Source: Vicinamibacterales bacterium
GTDB lineage: Bacteria; Acidobacteriota; Vicinamibacteria; Vicinamibacterales; 2-12-FULL-66-21
Assembly: GCA_035637115.1 (NCBI GenBank)
Contig: DASPXV010000059.1
Location: forward strand, 24,242-88,241
Reading direction: 5' to 3'
DNA length: 64,000 nucleotides
In this document: one piece after another, positions 18,469 to 28,050 of the stretch
How the letters are laid out: every line of letters starts with the position of its first letter
Numbering within the stretch: the stretch's first letter is position 1
Translations under genes and position numbers: made by a program
Notes under the pieces: model-generated
Databases searched by the model: none
Seen by the model: only the letters and a program-made list of their open reading frames with translations
What the model was told of the DNA's origin: nothing

Positions 18469-19301
18469 GCCGGCGCGATGAAAGCGAGACGCGCCGCGCC
18501 GATCGCGACCTCGTCGGCGCCAAGTGTGGAAAATTCGACCCGCAGATCGTGCATCGCGTCCGGCGGAAGCCGGCGGGCGCACTCCTGGCGGACCGGTTCG
18601 AGCATCAGGTCCGCCGCCGCGACGCTGCCGCTGATGATGATGACGTCGGGATCGATCGCGGCCGCAAGGGTCGCGACGGCCATGCCGATGTATTTGGCGG
18701 TGTCGCGCACGACGGAGATTGCGACGCCGTCACCGGTGCGGGCACCTTCGAACACGTGCTGTCCCGTGATCGCGTCGAGCGATCCCCCCGCTGCTTCGAG
18801 GACGCGCGACTGATCGCCCGCCTGGATGCGCCACGAGAGGCGCCGCGCGATTCCGCGCGCGGACACTTCGGCTGCGAGACTTCCCAGCCGGCGGTAGTCC
18901 TGCCGCTCGACGGGATTGAGCGCGAGCCATGCCGCGGCACCGGCACGGTTATGTGCGCCACCCCACGGCTTTCCGTCGAGCATGACGCCGGCATAAACCT
19001 CGTCGCCGATATGGAGGCAGATGGCGTGCTGCACACCTTGGGCCGCGCCGAGCCACGCTTCGGCGGCGATGGCCGCAGCGCCGGCAGTGCACCGGGTGAT
19101 CGACTTGATGCCTGAGACCGCCGTCTTCTCGCCAGGTTCCGCCGAGGCCACACCGGCGCGCTCCGGCGTCTTGGCGCTCATGACGGAGCCTGCCGCGTGC
19201 GCCGCCGTATCGCCACTGCCGCGGGCGACCACCTGTCCGCGCTCGTCGATAACGACGGCGCGCGCCGGACGTTCCGACAGGTCAAGACCCAGGCTGAGCA
19301 T
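18465..19301 (-). CDS. ROK-family sugar kinase/regulator
   Basis: MLSLGLDLSERPARAVVIDERGQVV... plus glycine-rich ATPase-fold motifs. It is adjacent to nagA. Confidence 0.7.
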   Translation of the reverse strand: MLSLGLDLSERPARAVVIDERGQVVARGSGDTAAHAAGSVMSAKTPERAGVASAEPGEKTAVSGIKSITRCTAGAAAIAAEAWLGAAQGVQHAICLHIGDEVYAGVMLDGKPWGGAHNRAGAAAWLALNPVERQDYRRLGSLAAEVSARGIARRLSWRIQAGDQSRVLEAAGGSLDAITGQHVFEGARTGDGVAISVVRDTAKYIGMAVATLAAAIDPDVIIISGSVAAADLMLEPVRQECARRLPPDAMHDLRVEFSTLGADEVAIGAARLAFIAPA

Positions 19302-19704
19302 CGATGTGCCACTCCACCTTGCGCCGCTCGAGCGGCAGCGCACGCGCGTCGGCGGCCCTGAAAAGCTCGCGGTCCATCCGCGCCAGCAGGCGCCGCAGCC
19401 ACCGTTCGTCCGGTGCGCAGAACACGATCACGCCGGCCCCTTCGTCGGGCGGAAACTGCCGGTCGTCGAGATAATCGCGGTCCAGGGTCACGAGCGTGCG
19501 CCCAAGCTGCCGCGCCAGGCGGAAATGTTCGATATCGCGCGCGCGGCGGAGATCGTCATGCTCGAGCACGAACAGCACATTCCATCCGAGCTTCTCGCGC
19601 ATGAATGCGACAACGCCGTTGGGCATGTTCGCATCGGCGTACACGCGCGGTCGGTCGGCGACCTGTTCGACGAGCGGTCCCAGCTCGGACGAAAGCGTTC
19701 CCAT
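19282..19704 (-). CDS. DUF5615/Mut7-C PIN-like domain protein
   Basis: ...RVYADANMPNGVVAFMREKLGWNVLFV...LGRTLVTLDRDY... resembles a PIN-like toxin-type fold. The start is taken at MGTLSS. Confidence 0.55.
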   Translation of the reverse strand: MGTLSSELGPLVEQVADRPRVYADANMPNGVVAFMREKLGWNVLFVLEHDDLRRARDIEHFRLARQLGRTLVTLDRDYLDDRQFPPDEGAGVIVFCAPDERWLRRLLARMDRELFRAADARALPLERRKVEWHIDAQPGS

Positions 19705-19747
19705 TAATACAAGCAGGGCGCAGGACGAAAGCCAGAAGTCCCGGCGA

Positions 19748-20908
19748 TCATCGGTGCCTGTCCACTTCCGCCGGTTCTCTCGCCGTGTCGGCCTTCGAAG
19801 TCTTCGCCGCTTGCGCCTGCCGCAGCAGATCGGCCACAAGCGCGTCGCGCTTGTGCACCAGTTCCCGGCGCTTCCGCCGGTTGTGCGTCGATCCGACGGC
19901 GTATTCGCAGAACAGTGGGAAGGCGATCGTCGAGTCGCAGTAGGCCACGACCGTGTCGGGCAGCACGCCCGGATTCACCTTGCCCCAGCTGACGGCTTCC
20001 GCGGGCGTCGCGCCGGACAGACCGCCCCAGACGACCTGGTCGGTCGTGATCTGGATGAAGTAATCGTTCCCCCCTTTGGGGATGCCATACACCTCCCAGA
20101 GCGTCGGCTGCCCCTGGAGGTAGAAGTTCTTCGGCGATCCGCCGCCCAGGATCACGCAGCCATTCTGCTTGCCGGCGAGAATGATCGCGCAAACCTCGTT
20201 GACGTCGCGATTCGGATCGATCATCAGCGTGCCGTTGTTCATCAGCTCGTGGTACGCGATGTTCATGCCGATGGAACTGTCACCTGGCGACGACGTGTAG
20301 ATCGGCATGCCGCACTGCGCGGCCTTGGCGACCACCGAGTACTCCGCGCATGCGGGATTCTTCTCGAGAAGATCCAGTCCGAGGCGGTAATGAAATTCCG
20401 CGGTCGACATCGTCCCCGATATCTTCGAGCGGACCAGGAAATCGCGGATGTACGAGTCGGTCTCGAGCAGGACGGTCGCCGGAAACAGGACGTCGTAAAT
20501 TCGAATGACGCCCTGCTCGTACAGCTCGACGTCGTCCATGAACGGCGAGCCGCGGTGCAGCGAGAAGTTCAGGGCGTAATGGAGGTCGTGATACAGGTTC
20601 GCGCCCGTGCTGATCATGAAGTCGATCAGTCCGCGCTCCATCATCTCGATGACGCAGCCCCCCAGTCCCGCGGGGGTCAGAGCGCCGGCAACCGTCAGGC
20701 CGACCGTCGTGTCGTTCTCGGGCGCCAGCATCTTGTCGGCGTAGATGTGACACGCTTCGGAGAGGCGCCCGGCGTTGAATGCCTGGAATCCGTCGTCGAT
20801 CAACTGTCTGATGTCGGCGCTGCCCTTTGGCCGGTAGTAACGAATCTGCTTGCCTTGGAGGTATTGAGCGGGTCCGTGACCCGGCGATCCGGGCGCCCTA
20901 TACGGCAT
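19748..20908 (-). CDS. Deoxyhypusine synthase-like protein
   Basis: ...VGLTVAGALTPAGLGGCVIEMMERGLIDFMISTGANLYHDLH...GGGSPKNFYLQ... The start at MPYRAPGS matches 'cat' at 20906..20908. Confidence 0.8.
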   Translation of the reverse strand: MPYRAPGSPGHGPAQYLQGKQIRYYRPKGSADIRQLIDDGFQAFNAGRLSEACHIYADKMLAPENDTTVGLTVAGALTPAGLGGCVIEMMERGLIDFMISTGANLYHDLHYALNFSLHRGSPFMDDVELYEQGVIRIYDVLFPATVLLETDSYIRDFLVRSKISGTMSTAEFHYRLGLDLLEKNPACAEYSVVAKAAQCGMPIYTSSPGDSSIGMNIAYHELMNNGTLMIDPNRDVNEVCAIILAGKQNGCVILGGGSPKNFYLQGQPTLWEVYGIPKGGNDYFIQITTDQVVWGGLSGATPAEAVSWGKVNPGVLPDTVVAYCDSTIAFPLFCEYAVGSTHNRRKRRELVHKRDALVADLLRQAQAAKTSKADTAREPAEVDRHR

Positions 20909-21003
20909 TCTGAGAGAATAGCACCAACCAACCGATAAGACTCTTGACACCGGGCGCCCGCAGGAGCGACTGTTAAGTCGCTTCCGCGCCGTATTTTGAA
21001 CGT

Positions 21004-21429
21004 ATGGACGACACGAACACGCTGCTGCTTTGGACGATCGGCGTGGGCGCGATCGGGGTGGCCCTCGTCGGCCTGTGGGTCTGGTCGCGCGGACGCCGGC
21101 TGTCCGGCGAGCACGTGTTCCGTGCGAGCCGCTGGAGCCGCGGGAACCACCTGTTCCCGACACAGGTGGCAGTCACGCCGGAGAGCGTGGTTCACTACAC
21201 GCCGCAGTGGTTCGGGCGGCGCGAACACTCGATCCACATGGCGCATGTGGCGTCGGTGGAAGTCGACACGAACCTGTTTTTTTCGAACGTCGTGATCGAG
21301 ACGAGCGGCGGATCCGAGCCCGTGCGGTGCCACGGCCACAGAAAGCGTGATGCGGTCGAAATGAAACGGCTGATCAACCAATACCAATCGGACTACTACG
21401 GCCCCAACCGTCAGCCGAAGAATGTCTAA
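21004..21429 (+). CDS. Membrane-anchored bacterial PH (bPH_2/YdbS-like) domain protein
   Basis: One TM helix (LLLWTIGVGAIGVALVGLWVW), then ...IHMAHVASVEVDTNLFFSNVVIETSGG... Its stop overlaps the start of the next gene (ATGTCTAA). Confidence 0.6.
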   Translation: MDDTNTLLLWTIGVGAIGVALVGLWVWSRGRRLSGEHVFRASRWSRGNHLFPTQVAVTPESVVHYTPQWFGRREHSIHMAHVASVEVDTNLFFSNVVIETSGGSEPVRCHGHRKRDAVEMKRLINQYQSDYYGPNRQPKNV

Positions 21430-22759
21430 CGCCGACAACATGGTCGCGCGGCGCGCGGATCCCGCCGAAGTCACGGCGAGGTTCCAGGGACTCGTGCAGT
21501 CGCCGCTGCGCGCCGCGATCCTGCGCTTCATGTGCGCGCGTCCCGACGAATCGTTCGACGTCGAAGCGCTGATGCAGACGTTCGGGCGGATGCGGCTCGA
21601 CGTCGAGAACTGCGTGCGCGAGCTCAACGCGTTCGGGATTGCAAAGAAGACCGCCGGCCCCGGCGCGCCGAAGTACGGCTTCGTGCAGCCGGACAACGAC
21701 GTGCTGCACGAACTGCTCGACGAGTTCCTCGAGCGGCGCGCGACCGTCAGCAGCGAAGACCGCTCCCCCGCGGTGCAGCGCTTCCGCGAGATGATCGGGC
21801 GCGACGAGAAGATGCTCGTCATCTTCGAATGGATCCGCACGGCGGCGAAATCGGACATCTCGGTCCTGATCCTCGGGCCAACGGGTTCCGGCAAGGAGCT
21901 CGTCGCGCGAATGATCCACGAACTGAGCCGCCGCGGCACGCATCGCTTCCAGGCGGTGAACTGCGCGGCGCTGCCCGACACGCTGTTCGAGTCGGAAATC
22001 TTCGGCTACGAAAAAGGCGCGTTCACCGGCGCGCACGATCGGAAGCCCGGACGGCTGGAACTCGCCAACAACGGCACGCTCTTCCTCGACGAAATCGGCG
22101 ACATGTCGCTGATGGCGCAGGCAAAGCTGTTGCGCGTGCTCGAAGAACGCCGTTTCGAACGCCTCGGCGGAAATACGTCGATCGAGGTGAACTTCCGATT
22201 GATCTCCGCGACGAACCGCCCGCTCGAGCAGTTCGTGCGCGATACGCGCTTCCGCGAAGACCTCTACTACCGCGTCAACGCGTTTTCGATCCGGCTGCCG
22301 TCGCTGCGCGAGCGCACGATCGACATCCCGGTTCTGGCGCAGCGGTTCCTGGCGCGTTACTGCGCCGCGAACGGACTCCCCCTCGATGGCAAGTCGTTCT
22401 CGAAAGAAGCCGCCGAGCTGCTGATGCACTACCACTGGCCAGGTAACATCCGCGAGCTGGAAAGCACCGTCTCGCGCGCGGCGTTGTCTTCACCGGGACG
22501 TGTCATTCGCGGCACTGACGTCGAGTTCCTTCACGCCGCGGAAACGCCGGTCGAGTCCTCGCGGGAGCGCCTCCCGTCGCTCGCGGATGCGGAGCGCGTG
22601 CATATCTCGCGCGTGCTCGAAAGCGTCAATTGGAACAAGAAGCAGGCAGCGGCGGTGCTCGAAATCAGCCGCGGGACGCTGTACCGCAAGATCGTCGAAT
22701 ACGGCCTCGAAGAGGTGCCGCCACCGTCCCGAAACAGAACAACCAGGGCCGAAACGTAG
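21422..22759 (+). CDS. Sigma-54-dependent transcriptional activator (AAA+ and Fis-type HTH) with a non-receiver N-terminal domain
   Basis: ...VLILGPTGSGKELVAR...ESEIFGYEKGAFTGA...RVNAFSIRLPSLRER...NWNKKQAAAVLEISRGTLYRK... Confidence 0.85.
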   Translation: MSNADNMVARRADPAEVTARFQGLVQSPLRAAILRFMCARPDESFDVEALMQTFGRMRLDVENCVRELNAFGIAKKTAGPGAPKYGFVQPDNDVLHELLDEFLERRATVSSEDRSPAVQRFREMIGRDEKMLVIFEWIRTAAKSDISVLILGPTGSGKELVARMIHELSRRGTHRFQAVNCAALPDTLFESEIFGYEKGAFTGAHDRKPGRLELANNGTLFLDEIGDMSLMAQAKLLRVLEERRFERLGGNTSIEVNFRLISATNRPLEQFVRDTRFREDLYYRVNAFSIRLPSLRERTIDIPVLAQRFLARYCAANGLPLDGKSFSKEAAELLMHYHWPGNIRELESTVSRAALSSPGRVIRGTDVEFLHAAETPVESSRERLPSLADAERVHISRVLESVNWNKKQAAAVLEISRGTLYRKIVEYGLEEVPPPSRNRTTRAET

Positions 22760-22998
22760 CTCGATCTGGAACACCTCGCAGCCAGCTCACCCAAAAGGAC
22801 TTAGCGCCAGAATTTGGTGATGCTGTCTCAGGACGGGACAAGCGCGCACCACTCTTCGACGCGCGTCATTTTGGGGAACACCAGACCCAGCACGTAACGC
22901 CATTGTAATCATGAGCTTACGAAACTGTGCTTCTGGACCGTTTTCGGCAGACAGATTGCAAAACCGCTGGGCCGGGCGCCCCGCGCCTCCCCTGCGAA

Positions 22999-24870
22999 AT
23001 GTCCCGAAAGTTCGTCGTCATCGCCGCCCTCCTGACGGTATTTCGGGCCGCGCCGGTCTTTGCCGCGCCGGCCGAAAGACCGTCCGCGGGTGAAAGCAAG
23101 CTCGATCGCGAGCTCCAGGCCCGCGCGCGCGTGCCGCGTGGCAGCTCGCGCGTCATCCTCCGGCTGACTCCTGGCGTTTCCCCCGCGTCCGCTGAACGCG
23201 CCATCCGCAGCTTCCGCGGAACGATCGGCCGCCGCCTCGCGTCCGTTGGCGGTCAGGTCGCGTACGTTCCCGACGGCTCGCTCGACGCGCTTGGGCGCGT
23301 ACCGGGCGTGTCGAGCGTGAGCCTCGATCGCCGCGTGCAGGGAACGCTGGAGCGCACGGGCGGCACCATCGGTGCGAACTGGGTCCGCGAGAACCTCGGG
23401 TTCGACGGCACGGGCGTCGGCGTCGCGATCATCGATTCGGGCGTCGCCAACTGGCACGACGACCTCGGCAGCGCCCGTGTCTCGCGCTTCGTCGATTTCG
23501 TGAACTTCCAGACCGCCGCCTATGACGACTATGGCCACGGAACCCACGTCGCGGGGGTAATCGCGGGGGACGGCCACGACTCCGAGGGACGCCGCAGCGG
23601 CATCGCGCCTGGCGCCACGCTGCTGGTCGAGAAAGTCCTCGACGCGTCGGGTCAGGGATATATCAGCAACGTCATCGCCGCGATCGATTACGCGATCGCA
23701 AACAAGGACGAGCTCCACATCCGCGTCCTCAATCTCTCGGTGGCCGCGGGTGTTTACGAGTCGTACAACACCGATCCGCTGACGCTCGCCGCGAAGCGCG
23801 CCGTCGAAGCGGGCATCGTCGTCGTCTCCGCCGCGGGCAATCTTGGGAAGAATGCGGAGGGACAGCCGCAGTACGGCGGCGTCGGTGCCCCCGGCAACGC
23901 GCCGTGGGTGATCACGGTAGGCGCCTCGAGCCACAACGGCACGACGGATCGGTCGGACGACACGGTCGCGGGATTCAGTTCGCGCGGACCGAGCGCGATC
24001 GATTTCCAGGCGAAGCCGGATCTCGTCGCGCCCGGCGTCGGCATCGAGTCGATCGCGGAAGCGGGCAGCACGCTGTGGAACACCAAGCCGCTGATGCGGC
24101 TGTGGGGCACGGTCCCGACCGCGACCGAGCCGTACCTCTCTTTGAGCGGCACGAGCATGGCGGCCCCAGTCGTCACCGGCACGATCGCGCTGATGCTGCA
24201 GGCGAACCCGGCGCTCACACCGAACCTCGTAAAGGCGGTCCTGCAGTTCACCGCCGAAACGCACACCGCTTACAACGGCCTCACGCAGGGTGCGGGATTC
24301 CTGAACGCGCACGGCGCGGTGGATCTGTCGCGCTCGGTCGCAACCGGCGCGTCTCTCGATGCGTCAAACGTGACGACCACCACCGACACGGTCGAGTGGG
24401 GACGCCGGATCATCTGGGGCAACCATCGCGTGGGGGGCGGCGAGCTGCGCGCGGATGCGAGCGCCTGGCGCACCGACGTGATCTGGGGCAGCGGACTCAC
24501 GCCTGACGGGTCGCCCGTCGTCTGGGGCACGGCATGCACCGGTGACTCCGAGTGCGACAATATCGTCTGGGGCACGACGTGCGACACCGCCGAGTGCGAC
24601 AACATCGTGTGGGGCACGGAGTGCGGCGGCGCCGACTGCGACAGCATCGTCTGGGGCACCGCGTGCGACAGCGCCGAGTGCGAAAAAACCGTCTGGGGCA
24701 CCGCGAGCGAGAGTGACAACATTGTTTGGGACATGGACGCCGACGGGGAAAACGACAATATCGTCTGGGGCACCAACGTCCTCGATGAATCCGACAACCT
24801 TGTCTGGGGCGCGCCGGCGATCCGGCGGCAGTCCCGGATTCTCACCGTGATCGATCCCTGGTTTAAATGA
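22999..24870 (+). CDS. Secreted subtilisin-like (S8) serine protease with a C-terminal xxIVWG repeat region
   Basis: The signal peptide is MSRKFVVIAALLTVFRAAPVFAAPA. The Asp/His/Ser motifs are VAIIDSGV, HGTHVAG and SGTSMAAP. Confidence 0.85.
   Translation: MSRKFVVIAALLTVFRAAPVFAAPAERPSAGESKLDRELQARARVPRGSSRVILRLTPGVSPASAERAIRSFRGTIGRRLASVGGQVAYVPDGSLDALGRVPGVSSVSLDRRVQGTLERTGGTIGANWVRENLGFDGTGVGVAIIDSGVANWHDDLGSARVSRFVDFVNFQTAAYDDYGHGTHVAGVIAGDGHDSEGRRSGIAPGATLLVEKVLDASGQGYISNVIAAIDYAIANKDELHIRVLNLSVAAGVYESYNTDPLTLAAKRAVEAGIVVVSAAGNLGKNAEGQPQYGGVGAPGNAPWVITVGASSHNGTTDRSDDTVAGFSSRGPSAIDFQAKPDLVAPGVGIESIAEAGSTLWNTKPLMRLWGTVPTATEPYLSLSGTSMAAPVVTGTIALMLQANPALTPNLVKAVLQFTAETHTAYNGLTQGAGFLNAHGAVDLSRSVATGASLDASNVTTTTDTVEWGRRIIWGNHRVGGGELRADASAWRTDVIWGSGLTPDGSPVVWGTACTGDSECDNIVWGTTCDTAECDNIVWGTECGGADCDSIVWGTACDSAECEKTVWGTASESDNIVWDMDADGENDNIVWGTNVLDESDNLVWGAPAIRRQSRILTVIDPWFK
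24409..24810 (+). repeat. Ten coding repeats of (I/V/L)(I/V)WG spaced 8-20 aa apart, many as CDNIVWGT
   Basis: Recurrent ATCGTCTGGGGC-type motifs encode IIWG, VIWG, VVWG, IVWG x3, TVWG, IVWD, IVWG and LVWG. Confidence 0.75.
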
Positions 24871-27365
24871 AGGCACTCCCGCTCGCCGCGCGGATTTACG
24901 TCTGCGCCATCATCGCCATGGGCGCCGGGCTTCTCGCGGCTTTCTTCCCGACCCATTTCGTCGGCAGTCCGTGGCTCTTCGCCGCGCTGCTGCTCCTGTC
25001 GTCGATCACGTCGGTGTTCAAGGTCAACCTGCCGCTCGCACGGCGGTCGTCGACGATGTCGGTGTCGTACGCGGTCGACTTCGCGTCGCTGCTGCTGCTT
25101 GGCCCGAACGAGACGATGATCGTTGCGGCGGCGAGTGCGTTCAGCCAGTGCACGTTCCGCATCAAGGAGCGCAATCCGATCCATCGCACGCTGTTCAGCA
25201 TGGCCTGCCTGGTGGTGACGGTGCAGGCGGCAGGCATCGCCTACAAGTGGCTGGGCGGACATCCGGGCGCGGTCACCTCCATGGCGATCGCGAAGCCGCT
25301 GGTCGGAGCCGCTACGGTTTACTTCCTGTTCAACACGCTGACGGTTGCCACGGCAATTGCCCTGTCGGTTAAACAGCCGCTGCTGAAAGTCTGGAACGAG
25401 AACTTCCTCTGGAGCGCGCCCAGTTATTTCGTCGGTGCGGGCGCGGCCGCGGGAGTCGCCTGGATTACGAACCTGCAGCAGCAATGGGTCGCGCTGCTGC
25501 CGCTGCTCGCGGCGCCGCTGTATCTCACGTATCGCACTTACAAGGTGTATCTCGGGCGCGTCGAAGACGAGCGGCGCCACACGCAGGAAATGGCGGATCT
25601 CCATCTCGCGACGATCGAAGCGCTGGCGCTCGCGATCGATGCGAAGGACCAGACGTCGCAGCTCCACATCCGCCGCGTGCAGCTCTATGCGGCGGCGCTG
25701 GCGCGCGGCCTGGGGATGAACGAGAACGAAATCCAGGGCGTGAAGACGGCCGCGCTGCTGCACGACATCGGCAAGCTTGCGGTGCCGGAACACATCCTCT
25801 CCAAGCCCGGCCCACTCACGCCGGAAGAGTTCCAGAAGATTCGCGCGCATCCGAAAGTCGGCGCCGATATCGTCAGCTCGGTGCCGTTCCCGTACCCTGT
25901 CGCGCCGCTGATCCTCAACCACCACGAGCGCTGGGACGGCAAGGGCTACCCCGCCGGCCTGAAGGGTGAAGAGATTCCGCTCGGCGCGCGGATCCTGTCG
26001 GTCGTTGATTACTTCGACGCGCTGATGGCGGAGCGCCCGTACCACAAGGCGATGACGTCAGATGCGGCCATCGGGTTGCTGCAGCAGGAGGCGGGGAAGG
26101 GCCTCGACCCGCAGGTTGTGAGCATGTTCACCGAGCTCCTGCCGACACTGCAGCAGGAAGCGCTGACGCTCGATCAGAGCGTGCGCCGCGAGGCGCCGCA
26201 GGACAGCAACCCGCACGCGCAGCCGGCGACGGGCCTGGCGCCAGAGCAGTCGAAGAAGAACGTTTTCGAGGACATCGCGCTCGCGCACCGCGAGATTTAC
26301 GCGCTCTACGAGATCGCGCAGGCAATGGGCACCAGCCTCGGCGTCTCCGACACGATGGCGCTCATTTCCGCGAAGCTGACGAACCTCGTACCGTTCGCGT
26401 GCGCGGCACTCTTCCTGTTCGACGAAGAGACGGAGACGCTCCGCTGCCGATTCGCGACCGGCACGGACGCCGACATCATTCAACAGGTCGCCGTGCACAG
26501 CGGGGAAGGGCTGACCGGATGGGTCGCGCGCAACCGCCGCCCGCTGGTCAATGCGCGCCCGAGCGCGGACCTCGAAGCCGCCGGCCTCGCGCACCTTTCA
26601 ACGAGCCTGCAATCCGCGCTCGTCTGCCCGCTCATGTTCAACGAGCGGTTCATCGGCACGCTCTCGGTCTACCACACCGACGCCGCGTTCTACCGCGACG
26701 ATCACCGCCGGCTGCTCGACCGCGTATCTGAGCAGGCTGCGGCCGTCATCAACAACTCGATGCTGTTCGAGCAGACGCAGGAAGACTCGCTGACAGATCC
26801 GCTGACCGGCCTTCCGAACACGCGATTCCTGTTCATGCACCTGACGCGCGAGCTCGCGCGCGCCGAGCGGCTGAAAGCCGAGGTCTCCCTGATGGTCATG
26901 GACCTCGACAACTTCAAGGAGATCAACGACAACCACGGCCACCACGTCGGCGACCGCGCGCTGTGCGAAGTGGCGCGCGTGCTGCGCGCCGCGATCCGGC
27001 CGTACGACATCTGCGTCCGCTACGCGGGTGATGAATTCATCGTCGTGCTCTCGGGCTGCAGCGCCGACGAGGCGGAGCACAAGCGGCAGGAACTGCAGAA
27101 AGCGGTGCAGGACGTCTACTTCGAAGCGCGTCCCGCCAAGCGGCTGCAGCTCGGCATCAGCATCGGCGCTGCCGTTTTCCCGCAGGATGGGGAATCGTAC
27201 GAAGCGCTTCTCGCGACGGCGGACAGCCGGATGTACCAGGACAAGTCCGGTCGCAAGCGCCACACGGGGCGCGACTATCCGCCGACGGCCGTTCTCGCCG
27301 GAAACGCCGCGTACTCCGAGCTGACGGACATCGATATTCAGCGGGCCGCCGCCGGCATTCTCTAG
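24867..27365 (+). CDS. Membrane-anchored HD-GYP / GAF / GGDEF cyclic-di-GMP signalling protein
   Basis: A polytopic N-terminus is followed by ...LLHDIGKLAVPE...HHERWDGKGYP..., a GAF-like middle region and ...RYAGDEFIVVL... There is an ATGA overlap with the S8 protease stop. Confidence 0.85.
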   Translation: MKALPLAARIYVCAIIAMGAGLLAAFFPTHFVGSPWLFAALLLLSSITSVFKVNLPLARRSSTMSVSYAVDFASLLLLGPNETMIVAAASAFSQCTFRIKERNPIHRTLFSMACLVVTVQAAGIAYKWLGGHPGAVTSMAIAKPLVGAATVYFLFNTLTVATAIALSVKQPLLKVWNENFLWSAPSYFVGAGAAAGVAWITNLQQQWVALLPLLAAPLYLTYRTYKVYLGRVEDERRHTQEMADLHLATIEALALAIDAKDQTSQLHIRRVQLYAAALARGLGMNENEIQGVKTAALLHDIGKLAVPEHILSKPGPLTPEEFQKIRAHPKVGADIVSSVPFPYPVAPLILNHHERWDGKGYPAGLKGEEIPLGARILSVVDYFDALMAERPYHKAMTSDAAIGLLQQEAGKGLDPQVVSMFTELLPTLQQEALTLDQSVRREAPQDSNPHAQPATGLAPEQSKKNVFEDIALAHREIYALYEIAQAMGTSLGVSDTMALISAKLTNLVPFACAALFLFDEETETLRCRFATGTDADIIQQVAVHSGEGLTGWVARNRRPLVNARPSADLEAAGLAHLSTSLQSALVCPLMFNERFIGTLSVYHTDAAFYRDDHRRLLDRVSEQAAAVINNSMLFEQTQEDSLTDPLTGLPNTRFLFMHLTRELARAERLKAEVSLMVMDLDNFKEINDNHGHHVGDRALCEVARVLRAAIRPYDICVRYAGDEFIVVLSGCSADEAEHKRQELQKAVQDVYFEARPAKRLQLGISIGAAVFPQDGESYEALLATADSRMYQDKSGRKRHTGRDYPPTAVLAGNAAYSELTDIDIQRAAAGIL

Positions 27366-27369
27366 CCTG

Positions 27370-28050
27370 TTACCAGTCCTCTGTAACGATTTGGGTGCGG
27401 GGTATGCCCAGGCGCATGAGAGCCTGCGGCACGTCGGTGACCATCGACGGCGGGCCGCACACGAAACACAGCGTCCTCGGTGTCGCGAGTTCCGCGAGAT
27501 GCCGGTCCCCCGTCCGGCCGCGGGCATGCCGCCAATCCTTCGCGTCCCCGGTCAGCGTCAACGTGAGATCCACCTTCCCCTTGTCCGCGAGCGCCCGGAA
27601 TTCCTCGGCGTATGCGAATTCTTCAGGCGTGCGCGCGGAGTAGACGAGCGCCGGCCGCAGACGGTGGAGGCGATGGAGGTACTCCCGAATCATCGAACGC
27701 ACCGGCGCGATGCCGGTGCCTCCGGCGATGAAAAGCAGGCGGTTTTTTACGTCACCCGAGGGTAGGACGAACCTGCCCGTTGCACCAGTCACGACCAGCG
27801 GTGCGCCAGCCTGCAAGTCCGTGACTACCGATCCGAAGCGCGTGGATCCGTCGACCTTCACGAGGAATTCGAGAAAGCCATGCTCCGCCGTATCGCGTGG
27901 TGCGGAGGCAATCGAGTACGGAGTCAGGTGCTGCTCGTCGATCCCGACAGAGGCGGCCTGCCCGGCTGCGTAAGGAAATGAGGCGCCATCAAGCGCCACT
28001 CGAATCGCGCGGGTCGTCGGTGTCGCGGCCGAATTCGACAGCAGGCGCAC
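27370..28050 (-). CDS. Ferredoxin-reductase-type FAD/NAD(P)-binding oxidoreductase
   Basis: ...LTPYSIAS... is an RxYS-like FAD motif. ...LLFIAGGTGIAPVRSMI... and ...FVCGPPSM... are also present. Confidence 0.7.
   Translation of the reverse strand: MRLLSNSAATPTTRAIRVALDGASFPYAAGQAASVGIDEQHLTPYSIASAPRDTAEHGFLEFLVKVDGSTRFGSVVTDLQAGAPLVVTGATGRFVLPSGDVKNRLLFIAGGTGIAPVRSMIREYLHRLHRLRPALVYSARTPEEFAYAEEFRALADKGKVDLTLTLTGDAKDWRHARGRTGDRHLAELATPRTLCFVCGPPSMVTDVPQALMRLGIPRTQIVTEDW

Noticed and set aside
19496-22446. Several 300-480-aa ORFs (19496..20938 +, 20800..21981 -, 21374..22435 -, 21532..22446 +)
   Set aside because: They are antisense or out of frame relative to the deoxyhypusine-synthase-like gene and the sigma-54 activator. 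Their composition is typical of spurious GC-rich frames.
22909-26045. Long minus-strand ORFs (467 aa and 591 aa) opposite the S8 protease and the HD-GYP/GGDEF gene
   Set aside because: They are Arg/Asp/Ala-rich with no motifs. The plus-strand frames carry clear catalytic motifs, so these are GC-driven shadow ORFs.
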